The notes: generated by a model not told the origin, from the letters alone. Shown: positions 41,911 through 53,674, counted from the stretch's first letter. The stretch: 64,000 bases of DNA from Candidatus Caccalectryoclostridium excrementigallinarum (GCA_018714485.1 DVNJ01000015.1:35217-99216); one strand, 5' to 3'. A program made the numbers and translations.

Positions 41911-44472
41911 TTATTCGTTGTTATCCGCGGGAGCGTCCGAGTTCGCGCTTTCCGCTTCTTGTAAAGTGCCTTCCTCTTGCGCGCCCTCTTCGAGGTGCGT
42001 CACCTCTTCATCTTCCGAGCGGGGCACGATCGCGCAGGCGACGACCTGGGCGCTCTCGTCTTTGAGCCTCATCACCTTGACGCCCTGCGTGGCTCTGCTC
42101 ATCTTGGAGACCTCGTCCGCGTGTATGCGTATGGTGACGCCGTTGTCGGCGATGATGATGATGTCGTCGTTTGCGGGATCGACGAGTTTGAGGTTGACGA
42201 TGTTGCCCGTCTTATCCGTCAGATTTCCCGCCTTAACGCCCTTTCCGGCTCTGCCTTGGAGCGAATACTCGGAAATGTCCGAACGCTTGCCGTAGCCCTT
42301 TTGAGTGAGCGTGAACACCTCAACGCCGTCCTTGACCTTGGTCATGTCCACGACCTCTTCGCCCGCGTCCATCTTTATCGACCTCACGCCCTGGCTCGTC
42401 CTGCCCGTCGCGCGCACGTCCGATTCGGCAAAGCGTATGCACTTGCCGCCCGTGGACGCCATGAGCAGTTCGTCCTCGCCCGAGGTGAGCTGAACGCCGA
42501 TGAGTTCGTCGCCCTCGGTGAGCGAGATGGCTATCTTACCGTTGGTGTTGATGCGGATAAATTCGTCCACGCTCGTCCTCTTGATGAGTCCGCCCTTGGT
42601 CGCCATGGTGAGGTATCCCGTGCTGTCGGCGGGCATGGGCACATAGGCGTTTATCTTTTCCCCTTCGTCCAGCGTGAGCAGGTTGACCATGGCGCGTCCC
42701 TTGCTGTTCTTGCCCGTTTCGGGGATCTGCCAACCCTTTATGCGGTAGACCTTGCCCTTGTTGCTGAAAAAGAGCAGCGGCACATGCGTATTGGTGGCGA
42801 TGACGTTCTCGACAAAGTCCTCTTCCTTGGTTTTGAGCGCCGTGACTCCCACGCCGCCGCGGCGCTGAGTGCGGTATTCGTCCACGGCAAGGCGCTTGAT
42901 ATAGCCGTCGTGAGTGACCGTGACGACGATGTCTTCCTGTTCGATGAGGTCTTCGATGTCGAGATCGGAATAGTCTATCGAGATCTCGCTGCGGCGCTTG
43001 TCGGCATATTTGTCGCGTATCTCGCCCATCTCTTTCTTTATTATCTCGACCACGCGGGCGGGATTTGCGAGAATGTCTTTGAGGTCGGCGATGAGTTTTT
43101 CCAGCTCGGCAAGTTCGGCTTGCAGCTTTTCCACTTCGAGGGAAGTGAGCCTTTGCAGCCTCATGTCGAGAATGGCGTTCGCCTGCTTTTCGCTCAGCTC
43201 GAACCTCTCGGTGAGGTTGACCACCGCGTCCGCCCTGTCGCGCGACTTTTTCAAAAGCTCGACCACTTCGTCGATGTTGGCGAGAGCCTTGACGAGTCCG
43301 ATCAGAATATGCTCTCTCTCCTGCGCCTTTTCAAGGTCGAACTTGGTGCGCCTGGTGACCACGTCTTTTTGATGCTTGATATATGCTTCGAGTATCTCTT
43401 TGAGATTGAGCATCTTGGGCGTTCCGTCCACCAAGGCGAGCATGATCATGGGATTGCTTATCTGCATCTGCGTATGCTTGAAGAGCAGGTTGAGCACGAC
43501 TTGCGGGCTGACGTCCTTTTTCACTTCGATGACTATCCTCATGCCGTCGCGGTCGGACTGCTCGTGAACGTCGCTTATGCCCTCTATCCTCTTTTGCTTG
43601 ACAAGTTCGGCTATGCTCTCGATGAGCTTGGCTTTGTTGACCTGATAGGGGATCTCGGTGACGATGATGCGGCTCTTGCCGTTGGGCATCTCCTCTATCT
43701 CCGTTCGCGAACGGATGATCGCGTTGCCCTTGCCCGTCTTATACGCCTTTTTGATTCCCGATCTGCCCATGATGAGCGCGCCGGTGGGATAGTCGGGCGC
43801 GGGGATATATTCGATCAGCTCGTCGATGTCCATGTCGGGATTGTCGAGCAGGGCTATCGTGCCGTCGATGACTTCGCCCAAATTGTGCGGAGGAATGGAA
43901 GTCGCCATGCCCACGGCGATGCCGTCCGAACCGTTGACGAGCAGGTTGGGATAGCGCGAGGGCAGGACGACGGGCTGTTCGCGCGTGTCGTCGAAGTTGG
44001 GATAAAAGTCCACCGTCTTTTTCTCGATGTCGCGCAGCATTTCCACCGCTATCTTGCTCAGCCTCGCCTCGGTGTAGCGGTAAGCCGCGGGCGGATCGCC
44101 GTCCACGCTGCCGAAGTTACCGTGACCGTCGACCAAGGTGCAGCGAATGGAGAAGTCCTGCGCGAGCCTGACCAAGGCGTCGTAAACGGAGACGTCGCCG
44201 TGGGGGTGGAACTTACCGAGCACGTCGCCGACTATGAGCGCGCACTTGCGGTAAGGCTTGTCCGAAGTGAGCGAAAGCTCGTTATACATATCGTAAAGTA
44301 TCCTGCGGTGAACGGGTTTCAAGCCGTCTCTCACGTCGGGAATGGCGCGGGAGACGTTGACCGCCATGGCGTAAGCGATGAAGGACTTTTTGATCTCGCC
44401 CTCCACGTTCACGTCCACGACTTTGGTCCCGGAGAGCATTTCTTCTATGTCTTTTTTATTCTTTTCTTCCAT
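41911..44472 (-). CDS. gyrA: DNA gyrase subunit A
   Basis: 853 aa. [26 protein letters not shown], active-site region [11 protein letters not shown]-terminal beta-pinwheel repeats, acidic tail. Confidence 0.97.
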   Translation of the reverse strand: MEEKNKKDIEEMLSGTKVVDVNVEGEIKKSFIAYAMAVNVSRAIPDVRDGLKPVHRRILYDMYNELSLTSDKPYRKCALIVGDVLGKFHPHGDVSVYDALVRLAQDFSIRCTLVDGHGNFGSVDGDPPAAYRYTEARLSKIAVEMLRDIEKKTVDFYPNFDDTREQPVVLPSRYPNLLVNGSDGIAVGMATSIPPHNLGEVIDGTIALLDNPDMDIDELIEYIPAPDYPTGALIMGRSGIKKAYKTGKGNAIIRSRTEIEEMPNGKSRIIVTEIPYQVNKAKLIESIAELVKQKRIEGISDVHEQSDRDGMRIVIEVKKDVSPQVVLNLLFKHTQMQISNPMIMLALVDGTPKMLNLKEILEAYIKHQKDVVTRRTKFDLEKAQEREHILIGLVKALANIDEVVELLKKSRDRADAVVNLTERFELSEKQANAILDMRLQRLTSLEVEKLQAELAELEKLIADLKDILANPARVVEIIKKEMGEIRDKYADKRRSEISIDYSDLDIEDLIEQEDIVVTVTHDGYIKRLAVDEYRTQRRGGVGVTALKTKEEDFVENVIATNTHVPLLFFSNKGKVYRIKGWQIPETGKNSKGRAMVNLLTLDEGEKINAYVPMPADSTGYLTMATKGGLIKRTSVDEFIRINTNGKIAISLTEGDELIGVQLTSGEDELLMASTGGKCIRFAESDVRATGRTSQGVRSIKMDAGEEVVDMTKVKDGVEVFTLTQKGYGKRSDISEYSLQGRAGKGVKAGNLTDKTGNIVNLKLVDPANDDIIIIADNGVTIRIHADEVSKMSRATQGVKVMRLKDESAQVVACAIVPRSEDEEVTHLEEGAQEEGTLQEAESANSDAPADNNE

Positions 44473-44482
44473 TTTTCACCTC

Positions 44483-46387
<1,905 letters not shown>

Positions 46388-46564
46388 TTATTTACCTCCT
46401 TGTCCTATAAAGCCTCGCACGCATAATATAACGTGCGCGCATACGCATATATTATAGTTATTTAATCCATTATATCACAAAAAAAAGTCAAAGGCAAGAA
46501 AATGAGGAAGAGTTGCTCATATCGTTTTTTTTGACGCAAATAACGCGCCTAAATTGATTTTTTA

Positions 46565-46592
46565 ATGAAAAACGCGCCCTTTATCGGGCGCT
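46565..46592 (-). terminator. intrinsic terminator after dnaN
   Basis: GCGCCC (46574-46579) - 6-nt loop - GGGCGC (46586-46591). On the minus strand it is followed by GUUUUUC. Confidence 0.7.
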
Positions 46593-46618
46593 CCGTCGTT
46601 TTTTTTATTTAATTTTTC

Positions 46619-47740
46619 TCAATATCTGATCGGCAGCAACAGATAGACATATTTTTCCTCTTCGTTTTCGTTGACCGGCTCGATGATGAAGGGAGCGGTC
46701 GGGCTGTTGAGAGACATGTTCACGAATTCGCCGTCGCAGTTTTTGAGTACGTCGATGATGAACTTACAGTTGAGAAGAAGGACGACGTCTTTTCCCTTGC
46801 TGTATATCTTGATCATATCGCTTATCTCGCCTATGCTCGAAGACGCGCGCACGTTCATTATCCCGTCTTTTACTTCCACTTTGACCATGCTCGACTTGTC
46901 GTAGCGCGTCATGACCGCGGCTCTGTCGAGGCTGACGAGGAGCTGCTTGCTGTTCACGGTCAGCTTTGTTTCGTAAGCGGAAGGGATAGTCCTGGCGTAA
47001 TCGAGGAATTTTCCCGAAAGCAGGTTGGACGTGACTTTGGTATGTTCGCCGATGCAGACGGAAAAACGCTTGGAAGAGAAATAAAGCGTCGTGGAATCCT
47101 CTTCGTTTTCCATCATTCTCGCCACTTCGTTGAGCGTCTTGACGGGCACGACTGCCTGTATGGCGTCGTATTCCGCGGGCAGCTTATAGCTCGCCACCGC
47201 CATTCTGTAACCATCGAGGGCGACGACGTTCATGTCCGAACCCTTTATGTCGAAAAGGCAGCCTTTGAACTGCGGTCTGCTGTCGTCGGTCGCGGCGGAG
47301 AAAGAGGTCTTTTCTATCAGCCTTTTGAGATCCTTTTGCGGAATGTTGAAACTTATCTCGTAATCTTCCTCTCCGCCCGTCAAAGGCACGAAATCTTCCA
47401 GCCTGAACTTGCTCAGCTGCGCTTCGTTATCCATATATTTGATATGTATGATGTCCTCTTCGATGCTGTAAATATCCACTTGAGCGCCGCTGTCTATCCT
47501 CTTTACTATCTCATACATATATTTTCCCGGAATGAGGACCTCTCCTTCCTCCTGGACCACTGCGCGAATGGAATTTTCTATCTCGTATTCCATGTCGTTG
47601 GCGGTGAGGGTGACCTTGTCGCCGTAAGCGCTCATTTTGATCCCGTCGTTGTTGACGCCTATCATGACTTTGGAAGGAAGAGCTCTCGTGACCTTTGCCA
47701 AAGCGTCGGTGAGATCGAGAACGTCGCATATGATCTTCAT
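46619..47740 (-). CDS. dnaN: DNA polymerase III subunit beta (sliding clamp)
   Basis: 373 aa. Three-domain clamp length, typical N-terminus (MKIICDVLDLTDALAKVTRALPSK) and C-terminal YLLLPIRY-type ending. Adjacent to gyrB. Confidence 0.9.
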   Translation of the reverse strand: MKIICDVLDLTDALAKVTRALPSKVMIGVNNDGIKMSAYGDKVTLTANDMEYEIENSIRAVVQEEGEVLIPGKYMYEIVKRIDSGAQVDIYSIEEDIIHIKYMDNEAQLSKFRLEDFVPLTGGEEDYEISFNIPQKDLKRLIEKTSFSAATDDSRPQFKGCLFDIKGSDMNVVALDGYRMAVASYKLPAEYDAIQAVVPVKTLNEVARMMENEEDSTTLYFSSKRFSVCIGEHTKVTSNLLSGKFLDYARTIPSAYETKLTVNSKQLLVSLDRAAVMTRYDKSSMVKVEVKDGIMNVRASSSIGEISDMIKIYSKGKDVVLLLNCKFIIDVLKNCDGEFVNMSLNSPTAPFIIEPVNENEEEKYVYLLLPIRY

Positions 47741-47769
47741 AATAATACCTCTTATATTTTATCTTTTTT

Positions 47770-47798
47770 ATTATACCACAAAACGCTTTTTCCGTCAA
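47770..47798 (-). promoter_or_regulatory. promoter of dnaN
   Basis: Minus-strand TTGACG (47798-47793) - 17 nt ending in TGg - TATAAT (47775-47770). AAGAGGT RBS. Confidence 0.65.
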
Positions 47799-47890
47799 GC
47801 CATAAATGCTCGAGCGGCGCCCCTTTTTATTTTCGTAATTTGTCGGATAAGCTCGGCGCTTTATATAGACATTTATTTTTTTATATATTT

Positions 47891-48038
47891 GTTGGATAAC
47901 AATATTTCGAATAAATACCCGTTGAAAAGTGGATAACTCAGCTTTTTCGTTTTATGAGTTAAAAAGAAGGGGAAAAAGACAGTTTATTTCCGTGTAAAAA
48001 TCCCTTTGAAAGGAAAAAATTATCCCCGTTTATCAACA
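47891..48038. promoter_or_regulatory. DnaA-box cluster in AT-rich dnaN-upstream intergenic region (putative oriC segment)
   Basis: Matches to TTATCCACA: TTATCCACT (rc of 47928-47936, 8/9), TTATCAACA (48030-48038, 8/9), TTATCCAAC (rc of 47891-47899, 7/9), TTATCCCCG (48020-48028, 7/9). Confidence 0.5.
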
Positions 48039-48140
48039 TAAGAGAAAAATATGGCGAAAAAAAGCGGCTGAAAAGTCTTTCTTTTTCGAAAAAGGCGGGC
48101 GAAAAACATAATTTTTTTCAGGCTAAACATACTGCTTTTA

Positions 48141-49682
48141 ATGAGCGAAAATTGCAAGAAAAGCATATTTAAGGCGGGATATATCGTCACCTTGTGCGCG
48201 CTTTTAGCCAAAATGATAGGCGCAGCTTACAAAATACCGTTGATCAACGTTTTGGGCGCGGAGGGAATGGGTATTTATCAGCTTGTTTTTCCCGTCTACG
48301 CCGCCGCGATCGCCCTGACTTCGGGGAGCGCGGGCATCATCATCTCGCGCAACGTCGCCAAGAAAAGGGCGAACGGCGAGCTGGAAGAAAAGGCGGGAGC
48401 CTGCTTTTTGTATACGATGATATTTTCCCTTCTTGCCGCGCTTTTTTTAAGCCTTTTTTCCTCGCTCATCGCTAAAATACAGGGCTTTGAGCAGCTGAAA
48501 AACTGCTATTTTATCATCTCTCCCGCCGTCTTTTTCGTGGGAATGAGTTCGAGCCTCAAAGGCATATTTTTGGGAGAAGGAAAAATTTGTTTTTCCTCTT
48601 TTTGTCAGCTTTTGGAGCAGTTGACAAAGGCGGGAGTCGGGCTTCTTCTTTCCTCTTTATTGATCAAAAGATCGCTTTATGCCGCGGTGGCGGGGGCGGT
48701 CGCGGGAGTGACGGCGGCGGAGACGGTCTCTTTTGTCGTCTGCGCGCTTTATTATTTTTGCGGAAAAGAAAAATATCGGCTGAAAATGCGCTTTCAAAAG
48801 GGATATTTGAAGGAAAACTCTTTCATCATTCTTCATTCGCTTTCTCTGCCTCTCAACGCGCTCATCGACGGACTTATCGCCGTGAGACTGCTTCTTTTTT
48901 TCGGCAATGAAAACGCCGCCGCGGATTACGGACTTTTCAGCGGCAGCGTGAATACGCTGATAAATATGCCGATCGCCGTGGCGCTCTCGTTTGCTTCGGC
49001 GACTATTCCTGCCATCTCCTATTTTTATGCGTTGAGCAGCGCGCAGAATATCAAAGAGAGCAGCTCAAAGAGCGTCAAAAACGTGCTCTTTATCTCCTGC
49101 GCCTGTTTTTTCGGCTTGTTTATGCTCTCGGGCGAGATGATAGAGATACTTTATCCCTCTTTCGAAAGCGGGCAGGCGGAAAGGGCGGCGCTGCTTTTGC
49201 GGATATGCGCGGTGAATACGATCACGGCTCCTCTTTGCGCGCTCTATGTCGCCGTGTTGCAGGCTCTCGACAGGGGGAATACTTGCCTTAAAACGAGTTT
49301 TTTGTGCCTTTTATTGCGCGTTATCGCTATGATAGGACTTTGTTTTCGCGCGGGGATAATAGGAGTCGCGCTCTCGTGGGTGATCTTTTATGCGCTCAAT
49401 ATGCTTATAAATTGCGCTTTTCACAAAAAACTTTTGGGACGGGACAAAGAGCTGGTGAAAAACAATATGAAAATCCTTTTTTGCGGTGTTATAATGTCTT
49501 TGTCGCTCATTCTGCCGAAAATGCTGATAAAAGACGCGCTTTTGAAAATAATAATCTGTTCGGCGGCGGGAGCGGGAATATACTGCGCTCTATGTTTTTT
49601 GACGGGAGCGATAGGAAAAAGAAGAGAGGAAAGAGCGGTAAAAACGCGAAAAAGGAGCTTAAAATGGCGGAACTCAAAATAG
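48141..49682 (+). CDS. MOP-superfamily flippase (MurJ/SpoVB/YabM-like polysaccharide biosynthesis protein)
   Basis: 513 aa, about 14 TM segments. N-terminal KAGYIVTLCALLAKMIGAAYKIPLINVLG. Precedes mazG as in the yabM-yabN arrangement. Confidence 0.8.
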   Translation: MSENCKKSIFKAGYIVTLCALLAKMIGAAYKIPLINVLGAEGMGIYQLVFPVYAAAIALTSGSAGIIISRNVAKKRANGELEEKAGACFLYTMIFSLLAALFLSLFSSLIAKIQGFEQLKNCYFIISPAVFFVGMSSSLKGIFLGEGKICFSSFCQLLEQLTKAGVGLLLSSLLIKRSLYAAVAGAVAGVTAAETVSFVVCALYYFCGKEKYRLKMRFQKGYLKENSFIILHSLSLPLNALIDGLIAVRLLLFFGNENAAADYGLFSGSVNTLINMPIAVALSFASATIPAISYFYALSSAQNIKESSSKSVKNVLFISCACFFGLFMLSGEMIEILYPSFESGQAERAALLLRICAVNTITAPLCALYVAVLQALDRGNTCLKTSFLCLLLRVIAMIGLCFRAGIIGVALSWVIFYALNMLINCAFHKKLLGRDKELVKNNMKILFCGVIMSLSLILPKMLIKDALLKIIICSAAGAGIYCALCFLTGAIGKRREERAVKTRKRSLKWRNSK

Positions 49683-50629
49683 ATGCGGAAGAATTTTTGT
49701 CCTTCGACGGATTTTATTACGATCATCGGCTCAAACTCACCGTGAAAAAAGTGAACGCGGAAAACTTTGAAAAAGTAATGAAAAAACTCAAAGATCTCTG
49801 CGGCGACAACGTCTATGACGGGAATTTCAAGGTAGAAGAGTTCAGGGACGGCTGCGAAGAGCTGAGCGTGCCGCCGCTCGACCTCATCGGGAAAAAGAGA
49901 TATTCCTTTTGCGACCTCATGCGCATAATGTATATACTCACTGCGGAAAACGGCTGCGAATGGGATAAGGCGCAGACCATGAAGAGCATATGTCCCAATA
50001 TGATAGAAGAAGCCTACGAACTTGTCACGGCGATATATAACAACGACAGGGAAAACATCATCGAAGAGGCGGGCGACGTCATGCTCCAAAGCGTTTTCCA
50101 TTGCGTTCTCGCGGAAAAGGACGAGCTCTTCGACACGACGGACGTCATCAGCAATCTCTGCAAAAAGCTCATCACGCGCCACACTCACATTTTCGGAAAC
50201 GTCAAGGCGAGCACGCCCGAGCAGGCGCTCGCGGCATGGGAGAGAGCCAAGAGCAAGGAGAAAAATTACAAAAAGGCGTCCTCGAAAATGGATATTCTCC
50301 CCGCCTGTCTGCCCGCGGACGAGCGTGCGGCGAAAGCTCTCAAATATGCCGCAAAAGCGGAAATAGGCGAAACTGATATTCTTAGGGCGGCTGAGAAAGT
50401 GGAAAAAGACATAAAAAGGATAAAGGCGGGCGAAAACGCGGCGAGCGATCTCATCTGGGACGCGATAGTTCTTCTCAGGCTGTTGAAAACGGACGCGGAA
50501 GTCGCGCTCAACGAAAAACTCGAAAAGTTCATCAAGGCTTTCAAATATGCCGAAGAAAGAGCGGGCGGCGACATCATGAGCGTCGGCGCGGAAGAGAGAA
50601 GAAAGTTTTTCGGAGAATATAGGGCGTGA
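49664..50629 (+). CDS. mazG: MazG-family nucleoside triphosphate pyrophosphohydrolase
   Basis: In-frame ATG 49664 (MAELKID) after AAAGGAG, within track ORF 49304-50629. EEAYELVTAI...EEAGDVMLQ MazG motif plus a second degenerate repeat. Confidence 0.8.
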   Translation: MAELKIDAEEFLSFDGFYYDHRLKLTVKKVNAENFEKVMKKLKDLCGDNVYDGNFKVEEFRDGCEELSVPPLDLIGKKRYSFCDLMRIMYILTAENGCEWDKAQTMKSICPNMIEEAYELVTAIYNNDRENIIEEAGDVMLQSVFHCVLAEKDELFDTTDVISNLCKKLITRHTHIFGNVKASTPEQALAAWERAKSKEKNYKKASSKMDILPACLPADERAAKALKYAAKAEIGETDILRAAEKVEKDIKRIKAGENAASDLIWDAIVLLRLLKTDAEVALNEKLEKFIKAFKYAEERAGGDIMSVGAEERRKFFGEYRA

Positions 50630-51540
50630 AGATAAAAGACGTGGAGATAAGCGGCGCCACTCTCGCGCCCATGGCGGGATATACGGACGCGGGATTCAGG
50701 GCGGTCTGTTCGCTCTGCGGCGCGGCGGCGGTCTATACCGAGATGGTCTCGGCAAAGGGGCTCATCTATGACAGCGAAAGGACGAAAGACCTGCTTTTCA
50801 AGACGCCTTACGAAAAGGTCTCCTGCGCGCAGATATTCGGCAGCGATCCTTATTTCATCAAGGCGGCATGCGAGCATAAACTTATGGACGATTTCGCACT
50901 CATTGACATAAATATGGGCTGCCCCGTCCCCAAGATAGTGAAAAACGGCGAAGGCAGCGCGCTCATGCTCGACATAAAAAAAGCGCAAAGCGTCGTGAGA
51001 GCCGCAGTAGAGTCGAAGAGGGTGATAACCGTCAAATGCCGCACGGGGTTTTACGACTCCTCATCCTGCGCGGACTTTGTCAGGGCTATGCAGGACGCGG
51101 GGGCGAGCGCCGTCACCGTTCACGGCAGGACGCGAGAGATGTTTTATGCGGGAAAAGCGGATATGGAAGCGGTCAAAAGAGCGGTCGAGGCGGTCGAGAT
51201 ACCTGTTATCGCCAACGGGGATATAAGGGATGGTGGCAGCGCGAAAAGAGCGCTGGACATAACGGGCGCCGCGGGCGTAAGCGTGGGCAGGGGAGCCTTG
51301 GGAAACCCCGGGATATTCGCGCTTTTGAACGGGGTAAACGCGAGCATGAGCGCGCTTGAAGCCATCTCAAAACACATGGAAATACTGCTTGAAATATACC
51401 CCGAAAAAAAGGTGGTGAACGATATGAAAAAGCATATCGTTTATTACGTCAAAGGGAAAAAGGGGGGAAAGGAAATAAAGCTCGCCGCCTTTAAGGCGCA
51501 GAGCGTGAAAGAGTTGAAGGAGATAGCAAGTTACATATGA
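50626..51540 (+). CDS. dusB: tRNA dihydrouridine synthase
   Basis: 304 aa. GTG start overlapping the mazG stop (GTGA). LAPMAGYTD, IDINMGCPVPKIVKNGEGSAL motifs. Confidence 0.9.
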   Translation: MKIKDVEISGATLAPMAGYTDAGFRAVCSLCGAAAVYTEMVSAKGLIYDSERTKDLLFKTPYEKVSCAQIFGSDPYFIKAACEHKLMDDFALIDINMGCPVPKIVKNGEGSALMLDIKKAQSVVRAAVESKRVITVKCRTGFYDSSSCADFVRAMQDAGASAVTVHGRTREMFYAGKADMEAVKRAVEAVEIPVIANGDIRDGGSAKRALDITGAAGVSVGRGALGNPGIFALLNGVNASMSALEAISKHMEILLEIYPEKKVVNDMKKHIVYYVKGKKGGKEIKLAAFKAQSVKELKEIASYI

Positions 51541-52091
51541 TAAATATCGTGCTTTTCGAACCGGAAATACCCAACAACACGGGCAATATCGTGCGCACCT
51601 GCGCCGCGACGGGAGCCGTTTTGCATGTCATCGAGCCTTGCGGCTTTTCCTGGGAAGACAAATACTTAAAGAGGAGCGGGCTTGATTATTGGGAGATCTC
51701 GGACGTGAGAAGATATGAAAACATCTATGATTTTCTCAAAAAGAACTTCGGCTACGAGGGCGAAGAAAATATGGACAAAGCGGTGAAGAAGGCGAGTGAA
51801 AAAGCGGGGATACAAACGCTTTTTTCCAGCACGAAAGGGAGCGTTGTCCATTCCGAGATAAACTTTGAAAGAGACTGCTTTGTCTTTTTCGGCAGAGAGA
51901 CGCGCGGACTGCCCGAATCGCTGCTCAAAGAAAATTACGACAAGACTTTCAGGATCCCCATGCGCGCGAACGCGCGCTCGCTCAATCTCGCCAACAGCGT
52001 GGCGATCGTCGTCTATGAATATCTGCGCCGTTTCGGCTATGAGGACTTGAAGACAAAGGGCGAACTCACCGGCAGGGACGAGGGGAGATAG
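51537..52091 (+). CDS. trmL: tRNA (cytidine/uridine-2'-O-)-methyltransferase TrmL (SpoU/TrmH family)
   Basis: 184 aa. MINIVLFEPEIPNNTGNIVRTCAATG, IPM.ANARSLNLANSVAIVVYE. About 20-aa insertion relative to the ~157-aa enzymes I remember. ATGA overlap with dusB. Confidence 0.85.
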   Translation: MINIVLFEPEIPNNTGNIVRTCAATGAVLHVIEPCGFSWEDKYLKRSGLDYWEISDVRRYENIYDFLKKNFGYEGEENMDKAVKKASEKAGIQTLFSSTKGSVVHSEINFERDCFVFFGRETRGLPESLLKENYDKTFRIPMRANARSLNLANSVAIVVYEYLRRFGYEDLKTKGELTGRDEGR

Positions 52092-52950
52092 AAGAAAGGA
52101 TATGTTCGGCAAAAGCCTTCGCCACGTTCACGCCCGTTATGCGTTCGATGCCGTCGAAAAAGGCGTTTGAGTTCACTTCGCAGAGATAAAGACAGTTTTT
52201 TCCCGTTAAAATATCCACGCCGCAATAATCCAGATCGAGGAGGCTTGCGGCTTTTTCCGCTATCTGTCTTATTTCGCTCGAAAGTTCGGCTTTGCTCCCC
52301 TTTCCGCCCGCGGCGAGATTGGAGCGGAAGTCGCTTTCGCTTTTTCTCTCCATGCAGGCGATCGCCTTTCCGCCCACGACGATGACGCGCAGATCGCGCC
52401 CCGCGCTTTCGGCGACGAATTTCTGGAAAAGATGAGGGGACATGACAAGGCGCGAGCAGATCTCGTTAAGCCGCGCTCTGTTCTCCGCCTTGAAGACCCC
52501 GTTTCCCATCGAACCGTAGCAGCTCTTGACCACCATGGGATAACCGAGCAAAAGCTCGGCTTTATCGAACAGGGAAGGAAGCGGGCTTGCCCCTTCGCGG
52601 TAGCAAAGCGGGGCGGGAAGAGTTTCGGGAAGGGGAATACCGCTGCCCGCAAGAGTTATCGCCGTGGTCATCTTGTCGTCGCATTTTTCGATCGCCGCGG
52701 CGCGGTTAAAAAGCCTCAGACCGGATTTTTCGAGCATATAAGAGGCATATTTGTCCTTATCTAAATAGACGCAAAAGTCAAAGTCTTCTTCAAGGCGGCT
52801 TATTTCACCGTCTTTTATAAAGGCGGGCGAGCAATTTTTTGCCGCGACGACGCTCACGCCGAGCTTTGCAAATTCCTCTTTCAGGCGCGCGCATTGGTAT
52901 TCCACCTGCGGCAGGAGAGAATAGGCGTTGGTGAGGATAAGTCCTTTCAT
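52066..52950 (-). CDS. RimK-family ATP-grasp ligase
   Basis: Track ORF 52066-52989 starts at a TTG that is really the -35 element. ATG 52948-52950 (MKGLILTN) is chosen instead. ATP-grasp motifs (YPMVVKSCYGSMGNGV, DLRVIVVGGK, EVNSNA). 3' end overlaps trmL by 26 nt (convergent). Confidence 0.75.
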   Translation of the reverse strand: MKGLILTNAYSLLPQVEYQCARLKEEFAKLGVSVVAAKNCSPAFIKDGEISRLEEDFDFCVYLDKDKYASYMLEKSGLRLFNRAAAIEKCDDKMTTAITLAGSGIPLPETLPAPLCYREGASPLPSLFDKAELLLGYPMVVKSCYGSMGNGVFKAENRARLNEICSRLVMSPHLFQKFVAESAGRDLRVIVVGGKAIACMERKSESDFRSNLAAGGKGSKAELSSEIRQIAEKAASLLDLDYCGVDILTGKNCLYLCEVNSNAFFDGIERITGVNVAKAFAEHILSSISPRPCR

Positions 52951-52960
52951 AAGCGTGTTT

Positions 52961-52989
52961 ATTTTATCACAAAGCGCAAAAATTTTCAA
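52961..52989 (-). promoter_or_regulatory. promoter of the RimK-like gene (near-leaderless)
   Basis: Minus-strand TTGAAA (52989-52984) - 17 nt - TAAAAT (52966-52961). ATG 10 nt further on, no SD. Confidence 0.55.
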
Positions 52990-52997
52990 GCGCGCTT

Positions 52998-53027
52998 TTC
53001 ACCAAGGCGGAGAAAAATTCATAAGAT
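52998..53027 (+). promoter_or_regulatory. promoter of the 213-aa ORF (leaderless geometry)
   Basis: TTCACC (52998-53003) - 18 nt - TAAGAT (53022-53027). ATG at 53033. Confidence 0.45.
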
Positions 53028-53032
53028 AAATC

Positions 53033-53674
53033 ATGCTGCGCGTGATAAAAAATCTCTCCCTCAACGCCTTTATGATCGGATTTTTGCCGCTCGCGGGCGA
53101 AAAAGACCTGCTCGTTTTCCCGCGCGGAGCGCTCGGCTGCGTGGACATGAACGCCGAACTCAAAGGCGAGAGCGACAAGCTCCTCCGACTTTCGTCCATG
53201 ACCGCGGACAAAAAGTGCGCCTGCGTTCTGAACGCGGATTTCAAGGCGGGGGCGGGGCTTTTCAACAGCGCAGCGGTGATCGAAGAGGGGGAGATAGTGG
53301 GCGTTTCGGACGAGATCTCGCCCAAGGCTCACGACGCGGGCAGCGCGCTCAGATGTTACGAGCTCAAAGAGGGAAGAGTGGGGATATTGCTCGGCGACGA
53401 CCTGCTTTTTCCCGAGCTTTGGTCGCGATTGGCGTTTTGCGCGCCCTCGCTGATACTCTGCTTGGGCAGCTATCGCGCCGAACTTTATCCCGCGCTCTCC
53501 CGCCTCTGCGACTGCGCCGTGTGCGCCGTCTCCAAGGAGCGGACGGGGATATATGCGCAGGGAGCGCTGATAAAGAGTTCTTTTGAAGACATTCTCTCCC
53601 TTCCGCTGCCCAAGAGCCGCAGAAGACCCGCCGTACTCACGAAAAAGGTCAAAACTTCGATCGAGAGGACGTAA
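53033..53674 (+). CDS. carbon-nitrogen-hydrolase-like protein with degenerate catalytic motifs
   Basis: 213 aa. LLVFPRGAL (where nitrilase-superfamily proteins have FPE) and RVGILLGDDLLFPELW (where they have ..ICYD..FPE). The assignment is by motif resemblance only. Confidence 0.45.
   Translation: MLRVIKNLSLNAFMIGFLPLAGEKDLLVFPRGALGCVDMNAELKGESDKLLRLSSMTADKKCACVLNADFKAGAGLFNSAAVIEEGEIVGVSDEISPKAHDAGSALRCYELKEGRVGILLGDDLLFPELWSRLAFCAPSLILCLGSYRAELYPALSRLCDCAVCAVSKERTGIYAQGALIKSSFEDILSLPLPKSRRRPAVLTKKVKTSIERT

Noticed and set aside
47771-47780. TTATACCACA upstream of dnaN as a DnaA box.
   Set aside because: It aligns poorly to TTATCCACA because of an extra base. It coincides with the reverse complement of the dnaN -10 (TGgTATAAT), which explains it better.
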